From the human T2T-CHM13v2.0 reference genome, Homo sapiens, in NCBI RefSeq assembly GCF_009914755.1, contig NC_060931.1: DNA of 64,000 nt; one strand, written 5' to 3'. This document shows positions 48,275 to 61,728 of the stretch, one piece after another. Position 1 is the first letter of the stretch. Every line of letters begins with the position of its first letter. The notes beneath the pieces were generated by a model. That model saw only the letters and a program-made list of their open reading frames with translations. It was not told the origin of the DNA and searched no databases. Made by a program: the position numbers and the translations under genes.

Positions 48275-50210
48275 AACACTGCTAAAAGAAATCAGAGATG
48301 ATGCAAACAAATGGAAAAACACTCCATGCTCATGGATTGGAAGAATCAATATTATTAAAATGTTCACATTGCCCAAAGCAATTTACAGATTCAATGCTAT
48401 TCCCATCAAATTATCAACATCACTTTTCACAGAATTAGAAAAAAACAATTTTAAAATTCATATGGAATCAAAACAGAGCCCAAATAGCCAAAGTAATCCT
48501 AGGCAAAAAGAACAAAGCTGATCGAGACCATCCTGGCCAACATGGTGAAGCCTCGTCTCTACTAAAAATACAAAAATTAGCTGGGCATGGTGGCACGCAG
48601 CTGTAGTCCCAGTACTCGGAAGGCTGAGGCAGAAGAGTCGTCTGAACCCAGGAGGCGGAGGTTGCAAAGAGCCAAGATCATGCCACTGCCCACTGCACTC
48701 CAGCCTGGCAACAGAGTGAGACTCCATTTCAAAAGAAAAAAAAAAAAAAAACTACAGGTATCACATCATTACATCATTGCACTTCAAACTACACTACAAG
48801 GATACAGTAACCACAATAACATGGTACTGGTAAAAAATTAGACCAATACACCAATGGTACAGAATAGGGAACCCAGAAATAAAGCTGCATACCTACAACA
48901 AACTGACCTTTGACAAAGTCCACAAAAATAAGCTATGGGGAAAGGACTCCCTATTCAATAAATGGTGCTGGGAAAATTGGCTAACCATATGCAAAAGAAT
49001 GAACTGGACCCTTACCTATTACCATATACTAAATTTAACTCAAATAAATTAAAGACTTAAATGTAAGACCTCAAACTATAAACATCCTGAAAGACAATCT
49101 AGGAAATATGCTTCTGGACATCAGCTTGACAAAGAATTTATGACTAAGTTCTCAAAAGCAATTGCAACAAAAACAAAAATTGACAAGTGGACCCTAATGA
49201 AACTAAACTAACGAGCTTCTGCACAGCAAAAGAAACTTATCGCTAGAGTAAACAGACAAACTACAGAATGGGAGAGAATATTTGCAAAGTAAGCATCCAA
49301 CAAAAGACTAATATCCAGAATTTATAAGGAATGTAAAAAAATTAACAAGAAAAAAAAAACCCCATTAAATAGTGGGCAATGGACATGAACAGACACTTCT
49401 CAAAAGAAGACATACAAGCAGCCAGCAAACATATGAAATGTTAAATATCACTAATCATCAGAGAAATGCATATCAAAACCACAATGAGATACCATGTCTC
49501 ACCAGTCAGAATAGTTGTTATTTTTTTAAAAATCAAAAAATAAAAGATGTTGGTGAGGCTGCAGACAAAAAGGAACACTTATACACTTTTGGTGGGAATG
49601 CAAATTAGTTCAGTCACTGTGGAAAGCAGTTTGGAGATGTCTCAAAGAACTAAAAGTAGAACTACCATTCAACCCAGCAATACCATTACTGGGCATATAC
49701 CCAGAGGAATATAAATCATTCTGCCATAAAGACACATGCACATATGTGTTCATCACAGCACTATTCACAATAGCAAAGACATGGAATCAACCTAGGTGCC
49801 CATCAACAGCGGATTAGATAAAGAAAATGTGGTACGTATACACCACTGGAATGCTATACAGCCAAAAATATGAAAAAATCGTATCTTTTGCAACAACATG
49901 CATGCAGTTGGAGGCCATTATCCTAAGCAAATTAACACAAACAGAAAAGCAAATATCACATGTTCTCACTTATAAGTGGGAGCTAAATCTTGGGTGCACA
50001 TGAACGTAAGGACAGGAACAACAGACACTAGGGACTCCAAAAGGAGGGAGGGTGGGAAGGGGACAAGGGCTGAAAAACTTCCTATTGGGTACTATGTTCA
50101 CTATTTAGGTGACACAATCAGTAGAAACCCAAACTTTGCATCATGCAACATATTCTTATAACAAATCTGCACATGTACCACCGAATCTAAAATAAAAATT
50201 TAAAAAAAAA
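48275..50210 (+). mobile_element. 5'-truncated L1PB-type element
   Basis: ORF2 3' portion plus L1PB 3'UTR (ggactccaaaagg, cctattgggtactatgttcact); TSD core acagttt(t)ga. Confidence 0.88.
48520..48750 (+). mobile_element. AluSc, 5'-truncated, nested in the L1PB
   Basis: gatcgagaccatcctggccaacatgg and cctggcaacag diagnostics. Confidence 0.88.
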
Positions 50211-52269
50211 ACAGTTTGAGATTCTGCAATTACATGTGAGGAGATTTTTCTAACCTAGAAAATATGAAGGGTTAATGTTTTTGTAACATGTATAAAAATG
50301 TTCAAAGTTTTATAAAATCTTAAATGTTGGGTTAGAGGTAAATATCAGAAAAAAGCTTATTATTTCATTTAGGAAGCCCCCTCAAAGACCTCACAGTTGA
50401 AAGTATTAAAAATTATGCACAATTTAATTCACATTACAGTTGCCCATAATAACTACATATTTTTTCACTGGGTGAAAATTAGGTGCAAGAAGAACTTTTA
50501 AATTGAACATTTAGCTATGCAGGTTAAGTCCCAGCAAATTTCAGCTGGAACTGCATGACTGAGCTGAGTTTAACCTCATGATTTGAAATGAAAGAAACTG
50601 GGAATTATATTTGCAAGATTTAAGAATAGCATATAAGATATTTGCCCAGTGTAATTTTCTTTTATTCCTCTGTTTTGCAGGATTATGAGAAAAAGCAATA
50701 AAGGAAGACATCAATTCTCAAGCGAATAATTTCTTCTATAGAGCCTGCTAAACAACACCAACGGCAAGTGATGAGGAGTAAATTTACTTCTTTCTTCTCA
50801 AAACAACAAAAATATCTTCATTAGAAACAAGGCTCACGTTTTCATACAAATCTTTATATTCAATATGCTGCATTTTCAGGAGAAACAAATAGAAAAATAA
50901 GGGTTTACCTAGAATGTGTTATGTAATGTTCTACAAAAGCCTCACAGGGTAGTATCATAATGGTGATTTTGTTGCAGTCTGTATTTTTTTGGAAAGTTCT
51001 TTGCCCAGAAAATCAATTGTGTAGTTCCTCAGATGTGATCAGACTCAGGGATACTAACTTACTCTAAATTAAATTAATGAGAGACTAGAATGTAAAACAG
51101 AATACCAATTTATTCATTTACAATAAGAATTATGACTTTATTCGGACCAGAGGGCACTCACTGCCATGATGAATATATGCTTTTTCTAAGGCAGAACTAC
51201 ATGGAAACTAAAATACAATATTATTCAAGGAATCAATACCAGGAATTTGGATCATCCTAGGCAGCTTCTCAGCTGAGGCCATTCTTCTCCCAGAAAGACA
51301 CAGCCTTCCTAAGCAATATTACCCCTGGTTTTTGGTCAAAATATTCTGTCTCCTACCTGATGCTGTGCATATTGACAATTATTGTTCTGTTCATTTTTTT
51401 CCAGGTCCCTATGATGAAAAATAAACCCCCCTTCAAATATATTTATAAAATTTGTTTGATCACAATGTGGTCCAAACCAGTAGTCACTGTATGTGATTTT
51501 CCATGTCTTTGCTTTCATCCAATAAGTGTTGAGTCATTTTCTACTCACAAAATCTACCTGATGCCATTTCCAAATCCTTTAAAAAGAGGTGTTCGGAGGA
51601 GCATCTTATACTACCTGTAGATACATCCTTAGACATAAAGAATCCTTTAGTCCATGAAATCAGATTTACTTTTGGATGAAACCTTGTTTGCTGCTCTGTT
51701 CACACTGCTGTCTCTGACTAATCTTACTCCATGTATGCTTCAAATGAGCCACAGAAAGAGCTTTTAGATCAAAGCAGTAGTGTGAATTGTCAAAAAGACA
51801 TCAGGTTCCGCAAGAAAGCAAGACGGAGCTTAGACTCTCTGTAATGAGGAACAGTATTTCTGCAAGATGTAAAGCTGTCTTCTGCTAGGAAGATTCCAGA
51901 GTTAGAATCATGGAAAGCCTGGTTAAAACAAAGCTAAATAATGTTGTATGGAGGTATGTGTCTATAACTCTAAGAGAAGACAAAGTATTATTACACAGTA
52001 ATCTGTTTGACTATGGAATTCTGTTCTAGTAGAACACCTACTAACAGGCAATGGAACTAGGGTTTGGGGGGATACAGCTTAAGTATCAACATTTGCGTTC
52101 AAATATAAATACAAAAATCAATTCAATAATACATACAAAGCCTTTGGGTCTTCTTTATTGCTGTTCTCCCCACCAGGGAGTTGAAGTTGATTGGAGGAGC
52201 AGCTATTAGTAGGAAACTTGTAATAATTAATAATAAATAGGTGGTACTGATATCAGAGAGAAGCCATAA

Positions 52270-52450
52270 ACCCTGGTTCTCCAAGTGTAATCTGTAAACA
52301 ACCCGTATCAAAATCATCTGAGTTTCTTTACAAAGCTCCAGATTCCTGAGACTCTCTGTCGTTTTACTGAATAAGAATCTCTGAAGATGGACCACAGGAG
52401 GGTGCATTTTAAATAGACTCACCATGATGCTTTTATGTATTTTAGAATAA
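52270..52450. mobile_element. MER5-type hAT DNA transposon fossil
   Basis: tggttctcc TIR-like end; cagattcctg; tactgaataagaatctctg; tgcattttaa. Confidence 0.65.
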
Positions 52451-52530
52451 TTTTTTTAGAATAATTTTAGAATAATTTTTATGTACTTTAGAATCATTTT
52501 TAGAATAATTTTGAATTTTAGAATAATTTA
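52431..52530. repeat. AT-rich minisatellite, unit ~tttagaataatt(t)
   Basis: Six near-identical tttagaat(a/c)attt units read directly. Confidence 0.85.
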
Positions 52531-54034
52531 ATTAGATTTTTCATTTATCTTAGGAAATGACAAGGCATTTAGATTCAAAACATTTTGGAGACCACCTGGC
52601 ATCCACCATGCCCTGGGATTTAGGCAATAACGTCCTAGTCAAAAAGAAAAAAACTTTTGTAAAGATTGCTTCAGCACCAGTATATATAAGTTTCTCCAAT
52701 ATCTCTCCAAAACTTCCTATCATGTTATATCCAAAGAGGTTTGTCATTACACAAGAACACATATTGAAATCCTAAATAGTGTAGATTGTATATAAACAGA
52801 GAAAAAAATATACATTCTTATTTATTTTCTATTTTTCTATTTTATTTCCTATTTCCACAATCCAAAAGAAAGCTATAAGGATCCCAAAGTTATAAAACTT
52901 AGCAAACTTTCCAATATGATTATTTGGGAATAAAGTAAATAAATCAAATTTCTGGCCATTCTAGGATAACCTGAAAGAATATGAGACAATTTAAACCTTT
53001 AAATTGTCTTAAATGGTCAATTTAAACCTTTTTGTTCAGCATTTGCTTAAATCAAACTGAAGCATACTTCCCTATCATGAATGTTAAGGCTTTATAACTT
53101 CAGATCTCTACCATCTTATCTATATGTTATGAAAGTAAGTATATTCTTTTCCACTCCCCTCAGTCCCTCAAATATTTACAAACATAACCTTCCAAATATT
53201 TCGATTTATCTGATCTTTCAGTTTTATGTTGAGAACATTTTTAATTTTTTGCATTGATGGGTCTTCATAAAGCTCTAACTAGATCCGACCATAACTGTCT
53301 TCTCTGCTCTCAGACCCTTAACTGATTGTTAGTTTCTCTAATATCACTTAAATAAACTATCTGAAATTAATATTTTTCTGTAGTTCTCTGCATTAAAATG
53401 AAAAAAGCCTTGAGCAGTATAAAAAATATTTATTAAACTTATAATTCCTTAAGTTTTGATTTTAAGAAAAGTAATTTAATGTTCAAGAGGAGCAGTATTT
53501 AAATGTGATCACTGGTTAGGCGTGTCTTTAATTTGAATGCAAATAAGCCAATTAGAAAGGTGTTTGGATATAAATAAGAAATACTGGATGAACTGATCAA
53601 CTGAATCTGCAACCTTGAAAATCATAATGGCTGTAGCTAACAATAGTTGAAAAATCATTATAGCCTAGCATATTGTATTATGCGTTGGGTATTCATTTAT
53701 TTAATTTTTATAACAACTTATTTAAGTACATTAGTATCATCCCTATTTCAAAAATTACAAAGCTGCATTCAAAAATGTTAAATAGCTTGTCCAAGGTTAT
53801 TTAACAGGTCTACTCATTCTAAATAAGTACAGGTCTAATTCTGATTAAGAAAGCAGCATATTAATATTCAATGTGATTAATCTTCTAGGAACTTCAGATC
53901 CCAGATTTGGTTGTCTGGTTTCCAAAGGAAATTTGCATGTCTAGCTGTGTGTGTAAGCTATTGGCATTTTTCTTTAACTCAGAATTATCATCTTCAGGTA
54001 GAGAAGTATAGCATCCCTGTTTGTGAAATAAGGG

Positions 54035-54375
54035 GTAGGACTTACCTGCTCTTCGTACCCCTCCAGCATCTACCCCCAGTTTTCTGGGTAACTCCTTGTT
54101 TTTAAGGATTTCATTGGGGGAACGTCATCTCTGTGGAACTGGAAATCAAGGGAATACCCAAATGGCACAAAATAGGTCCATCAAAATCTCGGTCATAAAA
54201 ATTTAAATCTTGAGTGAGTGGCACAAGATCAGAAAATGATGAAACTGAATATTAAGATTAATCTTCCTGGAAGGGCCTATCTATAAGTCAGACTGCACTC
54301 TTCCTGTCTTTCCATCAGCTTTTTCTTCAGTCGGGTCAGTTTCTGTTTCAACTGAAGAACCCCAACCAAAACACC
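54035..54375 (+). mobile_element. Old ERVL LTR (LTR67B-like)
   Basis: ccagcatc...ttctgggtaac...tgggggaac; aatcttgagtgagtggcacaag; ends aagaaccccaaccaaaaca. Confidence 0.5.
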
Positions 54376-54418
54376 TACGAAGAAACTGTTCGGAAGAGTT
54401 ACAGATGCTTTGATTGCA

Positions 54419-54730
54419 GGCCGGGCACTGTGGCTCACGCCTGTAATCCCAGCACTTTAGGAGGTCGAGGTGGGTGGATCACTTCAGGCCAGGACTTCAG
54501 GCCAGGAGTTTGAGACCAGCCTGGTCAACATGGCAAAACTGTATCTCTACCAAAAATACAAAAATTAGCTGGGCATGGTGGCAAATGCTTGTAATCCCAG
54601 CTACTTGGGAGGCTGAGGCATGAGAATCACTTAAACCTAGGAGGTGGAGGTTGCAGTGAGTTGATTATGCAATCACACTTCAGCCTGGGCGACAGAGCGA
54701 GACTCTGCCTCTAAATAAATAAATAAATAT
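54419..54730 (+). mobile_element. AluS with a 13-bp internal tandem duplication
   Basis: acttcaggccagg twice at 54481-54506; (TAAA)n tail. Confidence 0.93.
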
Positions 54731-54734
54731 AAAA

Positions 54735-54950
54735 CCAACAGGGTGACTATAGTCAAAATTATTTATTTGTACAATTAAAAACAACTAAAAGAGTCTAATT
54801 GTGATTGTAAGATGAAAGATAAATGCTTGAGGGGATTGATATCCCATTTTCCATGGTGTGAGTATTATGCTTATATCAAAGTTTCTCATGTACCCCATAA
54901 ATATATACAACTACTGTGTATCCACAAAAATTTGAAAAACAATAAAATAA
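54735..54950 (+). mobile_element. L1MA (MA1-3-like) 3' end
   Basis: caacagggtgactatagtc, ataaatgcttgagggga, catgtaccccataaatatatac. Confidence 0.85.
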
Positions 54951-55019
54951 AGCACTTGGTTGTTCCATGGCTGTAAAAAAAGTATAAAAATTCTCTGCCC
55001 TAAAAAGAATAAAATCTAA

Positions 55020-55365
<346 letters not shown>

Positions 55366-56611
55366 TACAATTCATAATTGAAGATAGTTTACACTAAGTA
55401 TCAAATATTTGGATTTTTAAATACAGAAGATTTTTCCGTTGTTCAGAAGACAAGTCACTTGCTGCAAAGATCATAAGGAAGGTTTCATTTTCTAGATGGA
55501 CTTCAGCTGGACACTTAATTTTTAATAGGGAAATGGTATGGGGAAAGTTCTAGCAGCTTAAATGCATTAATCTTGGCCTGGATTGTATTTAGAGAACTAG
55601 TTTAGAAAAAAAGAGGGAAAGATAGTACAATGCAATTATACTAGAAAAGTCATGTGTTGATCGGGTATATACCTGGATGTGTAGTGACTGTGGCTTAGCG
55701 ACCTAGCTTACTTTCATGAGTCAACCATTTATTCCACATACTAAGTGGGGACGCTTGGAAGAGGGAACAATTGTAATAGCCAATTATTTGATGTCCTACT
55801 GTCTAACATGGGGGTTTAATGTGAAGCTGCCTGGCATCTGGAACCTAGTTAAGCCAATTAAATAAATAAGATAAAGGAAAGGTGCACTGTCACACCATAA
55901 TAATTTACAAATCTTAAGACTACTTTCTACCTCCTGAATGTAACCGGGACTGCTCAGTGTTGGTGAGGGTTTTTTTGAAATGCTTTCTCTCAGTCACGAC
56001 TAGAATCAGAACCTCATAGACATCAAGATAGATAGAATAATAGATTAATAGATAGACATCTTACTTGAACTTCAGAGACCACCCTTTAGGACTTAATAAA
56101 TTTAAGCTCTCGAGTGTTTAATTTTTAGACAATAATAAAAATATGAAATTCTCCTTGGCTCTACATAATTAACATTATTCAAATTTGCCTTAGACTGAGT
56201 ACTAGAAGCTTCAGATAGCAGTCACTAGTTATGTTCTGTGTCAGCCTATGAACAATTTATAGTTGATTTCTGGGTGGTTGTTTTTTGTTTTTTTAATTAC
56301 GCAAGCTGTTCTAATAGTAAAAATAGCTTATGGTAACTCGGGTTAACAATCAGTCTATAACTAGTCACAGGCACTATATTAGCACTGTATCTTTTGATCT
56401 TTTTGATAACATTTCATGATATTTGTTACTATCCCCATTTTTCAAACGAGGAGTCTTTTCAGATGTTATTTTTTGGTTGATAAGAGGGGTTAAATTCAAA
56501 TTTGTCTAAGTCTAAAGTTATTTTTCACCACACATCATTTCTAAACCAGACTTACTATCCCTTCATTCTATCCACCCTCTCTTTCCCTCACCCTTTCCTG
56601 TTAATTTGAAG

Positions 56612-56845
56612 AATCTGGTGCTTAAGAGCACAGACTCTGGAATCAGACTGACCCCAGGCTCAAGTCCTGGCTCCAACATTTACCACAGTTGGGACCATGA
56701 GAAAATTAACTCAGTTTCTCTAGGGTTCAGTTTTCTCATCTTCAAGACGGGTGGAACTAGTAATTATGCCCATCCTGTGTTGTAAGGAGTAAATTCTGAA
56801 GGATTTGACACAGTCCCTAGAACATGATTATTTAATGAATGTCAT
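56612..56845 (+). mobile_element. MIR (MIRb-like)
   Basis: ttaagagcacagactctggaatcagactg...tcagttttctcatc. Confidence 0.85.
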
Positions 56846-57279
56846 TAAATAATCTTGATCTTCATGTTTTCATTAGCAATTAGATTGTTCTTTTTGTCAT
56901 AAACCCTGAAGTCATTCATTCTCAACTTTTTCCTTTTTCTTACCCACTACATCTAATTACTTACAAATTCTTATTTCTGAAATGATTCTTGCCCATATTT
57001 TACACCTTACAGTTTCTCAATCACAGATAGAAATCTGGTTCTCATACCTCTGTCCTAGTTATTTCCCAAATCATGCCATTGATTTTCCTAGCTCCTTTAT
57101 GGAGATTTCCAAAGCGAAATTCATACGTTCTAATGACTGCTCACGATAAGCCAGTAGAGCATGAGAGACAAATATTAAAACTTCTACACACAAAAGTAGA
57201 AATTAAAATAGATGAAATAAAACACCTAATTTTTACTTTTGCATGTGTTTTAAAATGTACCAAATGTTATTATTGTAGT

Positions 57280-57568
57280 TATGGGGGTTCTGGAGATATT
57301 GGTTAAAGGATACAAAATTTCAGTTAGATAAGAGAAATATGTTCCAGAGATCTATTGTACAACATGGTGACCATAGTTAATAACAATTTTTTTTATTCTT
57401 AAAACTTGCTAAGAGAGTAGATTTTAGGTGTTCTCATCACAAAAAAAATGTTAAATATGTATGGTAATTCATATGTTAATTAGCTTGCTTTAGCCATTCC
57501 ACATGTATACATATTTCAAAACATCACATTGTATGAATATATACAAATTTATTTGTCAATTATAAAAT
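57280..57568 (+). mobile_element. L1MA (MA5-7-like) 3' end
   Basis: ggatacaaaatttcagttaga, gagatctattgtacaacatggtgac; perfect TSD aatgttattattgtagt at 57263-57279 and 57569-57585. Confidence 0.9.
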
Positions 57569-58780
57569 AATGTTATTATTGTAGTATATGTATATGCTTG
57601 ATGAGTAAATATGCATATATTCCAAATGCCTCAATAACTACTGTTTTATAATGGATGACCAAAAAGACCCTCTTGATATTAATACAATCTCTGTACAGTA
57701 GCACACTTAATTATGCAAATTTTGTATTACAATGCCATACAAAAAAGTTTTAAAGTATCTTCTTGTCTACCATTGCTTTCAAAGTGCTGCATATTCTGGA
57801 TGCAGTTTAATTTCTATTTTTATATTTGACTCATTTTAATATATCCTATTATGAATTTGCATAACATATCTTACTTTAATATGTTATGCAAATTCCTATT
57901 TCTACACCTATTCCCAGCAATTACTAATTAACATTCTTTTTTCTTTTTTCTTTTACCTTTTCTTTATGTTTTTCTTCTTATATTCTTTCTAAATAGATTT
58001 TTATTACTAAAAATGAACCAGGCACTGTGCTAGATTTTGGAACCCAAACATGAAAGCAGAAGCCTTTTTTTAATAATATAATATCCTAGTAAAATACTTC
58101 ACTCATAGTCATGTAATACTTTCCTGTCCCATAAGTTTCTGTCAAAAATCTTCCTGTTTCCCTTTATTCCGTTCATACACTATGATGACCTTGGATGATT
58201 CCCATGGACCTCCAAGGATTTTGTTTGTATCTGTAATTTGGAATCTATATTCTGCCTGTTCCACAGTTATATGTCTTTTTATCTTCCCTTTACTATATCC
58301 CATCTTCATTCATCCATTCATTTATTTATTCAAAAGATAATCATTGAGCTCTTACTCTGTACTGTGTACAATCATGAATTACTTAATAATCAGATGAGAC
58401 TCAAGTTTGGAATGCCTGCAAACCTAGGGCAGGGAAAACACACTCAGAAGAGAGAAAAAAAATCTTTTTTGCAAAAAGTTGACATTTGATGTTTTTCAAA
58501 AAAGCAGGAGTCAGAATGTAAAAAGTCACAACCTAATTGAATTTTCTTACATCCGTTTTACAGCTTGGAGATATTTTTATTTTGAATCACATAAGGGAAG
58601 AGGACTATAGCTCTTTCACTACTTTGAGTCTCCAATACCTTGATATGTCCTTGACCTTCATTACTTGAAACCAGTGATTGAATCACTGTACGTAGTAGAT
58701 GCTTGACAAGTATCATTGTTATGCAACATTCAGTAGACAGACATGTGCAAGTTGCTGTCCCAAAAAAGCTGGCTTGGAAT

Positions 58781-59071
58781 AAGGTTGCCATACTAGAAAA
58801 TAAAAATATGGAATGTCTACTTGAATTTGAATTTTAAATAACAAATATTCCACAGTGTATACTTATACTAAAAATGTATTTGCAGTTACTTGGATGGCTG
58901 AGGTTGGACGATCCATTGAGGCTGGGAGTTTGAGGTTGTGTGACCTATGGTCATGCACATCAGCCTAGATGACTGAGCAAGATCCAGTCTCAGAAAAATA
59001 TATATATATATTTGTTGTTTATCTGAAATTTGAATTTAACTGAGTGTCCTATATTTTATCTAGCAATCCCA
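58781..59071. mobile_element. MER53-like hAT fossil with an inserted Alu monomer (FAM/FRAM-like, ~58883-58997)
   Basis: TIRs aaggttgccata / tctagcaatccc; tgaatttgaattt motifs; single Alu arm in the middle. Confidence 0.7.
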
Positions 59072-59689
59072 TCTGCATAGAATCTTGATTAAATACCATC
59101 AACATTAAATAAAGCTTTTTTTAAAGAGCAAATTTACCATCTAGGCAATAGAAATGGTTCTTTTTGAGAATTTCAGGTTTTGTGTTCTCTCTCAATAACC
59201 ATGTAGATATGTACTTAAAGCATTCTGAAGTGGAGAAGTGGTACCGTGGAATTGCCATGCAGCTATGTCCCATGGATTGTCCTGTGAGGAAACCTAGACC
59301 ACATGTGCAACACGTGAATCAATTACATTTTATTCATGAAGAAAAGTTAAACGCTATTGATTATCCAACATAGAAGTAACAATTTTACTATAGACACCTT
59401 ACAATTACATAGTTCCTGAATTCTGTTTCTTGGTAGCTCAAATTCTTTCATAAATTCCACAATTTTTTGCCGTTGTTTTTTGTCGTTTGCCCCATTTCAC
59501 TTTCTAATCTCTACTTTATACTGCTCCTCAGCCTATCTATGGATCCCATTGTTTATACCACCTATTAAATATTATAATCATCTCTCATATTTTAATAGTG
59601 CTTTATGGTAACAATACTTTTTGTGTATTCTATTATTTGAGTTATATAAAAGTTAGTTACTAAAGTTACAGACTATGAAATAACGATAA

Positions 59690-59885
59690 TAATTAATAAT
59701 TGCAGAGTTTAGCCCCTGGCACTTTGCACTTACATATTAATGCAATCTTCCCAACACCCTGGAAGTCAGCTACTACTAGCTAACCTCTTTTCACATACGA
59801 GGTCATTAAGCAAGAGAAGGCTAAGTCTGGGGTTTGAACCTAAGCTGTCTGGCTTCAGCCTAATTCTGCAACACTGTGCTAATGC
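59690..59885 (-). mobile_element. MIR
   Basis: aatcttcccaacaccctggaag, ggggtttgaacctaagctgtctggcttca. Confidence 0.7.
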
Positions 59886-61728
59886 CTAGCAACATACGCT
59901 TAAAGAGGATGGGGGCTTAAGCTAATCTAAAAGCTGATCAGAGCAGAGTCCCGGACTCTAACTCAAATCTTCACCAAACTCAGAATCAACACCAAACTAC
60001 TTGATTTTTCTGCTTGCTTTAGCTGTTTTCTGCTTTATATCCCACAAAATGTATTCCAAGGAAGAAAGAAAAAGTATTCTCACTAGAATATTCCACATTG
60101 AGAACTAAAATTAGGTAGAATAGACACTAGTATAGTTGTACACTCCTTTGTTTATCTCAATTTTCTTCTTAGACCAACATCTCTTCCAGAAATAGCATTT
60201 GCAGCTTTGGTGAATGAACAATGAGCATGCTATTGTATAATCAAGAATCACAAAAGAAAAACAGGTCAAGCTCCCAATCTAGAAAGTTATTTCAATTCTA
60301 AATACTCCTGAAAGAACCAATCCTACGTCTCAAAGAGTCACGTGTTACAAGACATAACGTAAGTCTAGGAGGTTTGCTTTTTCCATTCTACGCAAGAATT
60401 CCTAAAAAGCTATCATGGATCATGAGCAACATAACGATCCTTAGTATTTTTTTATGTTTCCAATTTAAAGTGCAATATTTAATGACACTAATATCTTTCT
60501 TGGCCCATGACCCTCAGGTGTGCTGAGGTAGGAAACAGTAGGTGATAATACAGTAACTGCATCTACTCTCTTACAAAAAAGGCAGAAATAAAAGAAACTT
60601 ATATTCTAAATTTTGAATATCAATTATTCTTGTTTTTAAGATTAATAAAATTTTAAACACAAATTTTCTTATCAAAAACTTCATTGGGGAAGAAACCAAG
60701 TTAGCTTGAATGTTTAAGCTTCCATGGCTCATAAAGCTACAGAACATTCATCTTTTCCTTTTTCACGATAAACATTATGTAAGTTTTACCAAACCATGAT
60801 GAGTATAAGAACAGGGAATATAATGCTGAAGTATCCAGAGCCTACAGCTGCTTTCAAATTCATCCAAGGCTCTTATTTGAACTATGTTTTGATGTTGAGC
60901 CAAGGAAGGGTTCAGTCAAGCAATTTGGTTATGAGGGCCAGTAATTTGAACCATAAATTACTGAATATGAAATAGACTACATGTGTAAAATGTCACAAGT
61001 CCTCCATTAAGTAAGACTTTGAAATCAATAACAACCTAAAGGAAGAGTTTTAATGAAACTGGGCCCTGAAATACCAGAATATACCATACCCAAAACAGTA
61101 AAATAAATGTTACACTCTGTGCTTCCTTCTGTGACCCTGTAATATCGCAATATGACTTTTGTGATGATTGTTCACTACCAAAATGTGGTGATTGTTAATA
61201 TTTTCTCTTTTATTTTGGAAATGTCTATTTATTTGAGTATGTAAAAGTGCTGCTGAGTGATCCTAGAAGAAGTTAGTTAACTTTTCTTCTTTCTGTGATT
61301 GAGTACATTTATCAGGTGAAATTAGAAAGTTTAAAATCTAAAAGGAAGAGGTTTTAATTTAAACCTGTCACTTCTAAACTTCTACACAGTGCGGGTTAAC
61401 AATGATCTTAATGCACTTTCATCTGTAAACTCCTTGGTGTGTGAAGTGAGTAGATGTTCTCAATTACATTCCTAATGAAAAAGTATCTTCTCTAAAAAAT
61501 ACCTCCATTGTGTAAATGAATCTAAGAAGATTACAATTACAAACTATATTTGCCTTTACATTTTCAAGTTTTACTGTATTGCTACAAAGTGTGAACAAAA
61601 AGGTAGTTGTGTACATTCAATGCCACATGCTTTTGGCTATTATTTATAAGTGCTGAATTAACTAAATCTTATTTCCAAAGACTGGACAATTATTTCAAAA
61701 ATTATTTCAAACACAATCAATTTAGCCT

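Noticed and set aside
60512-60545. TGAGGTAG let-7-like seed next to a small hairpin
   Set aside because: The match covers only 8 nt and there is no pre-miRNA-length stem.
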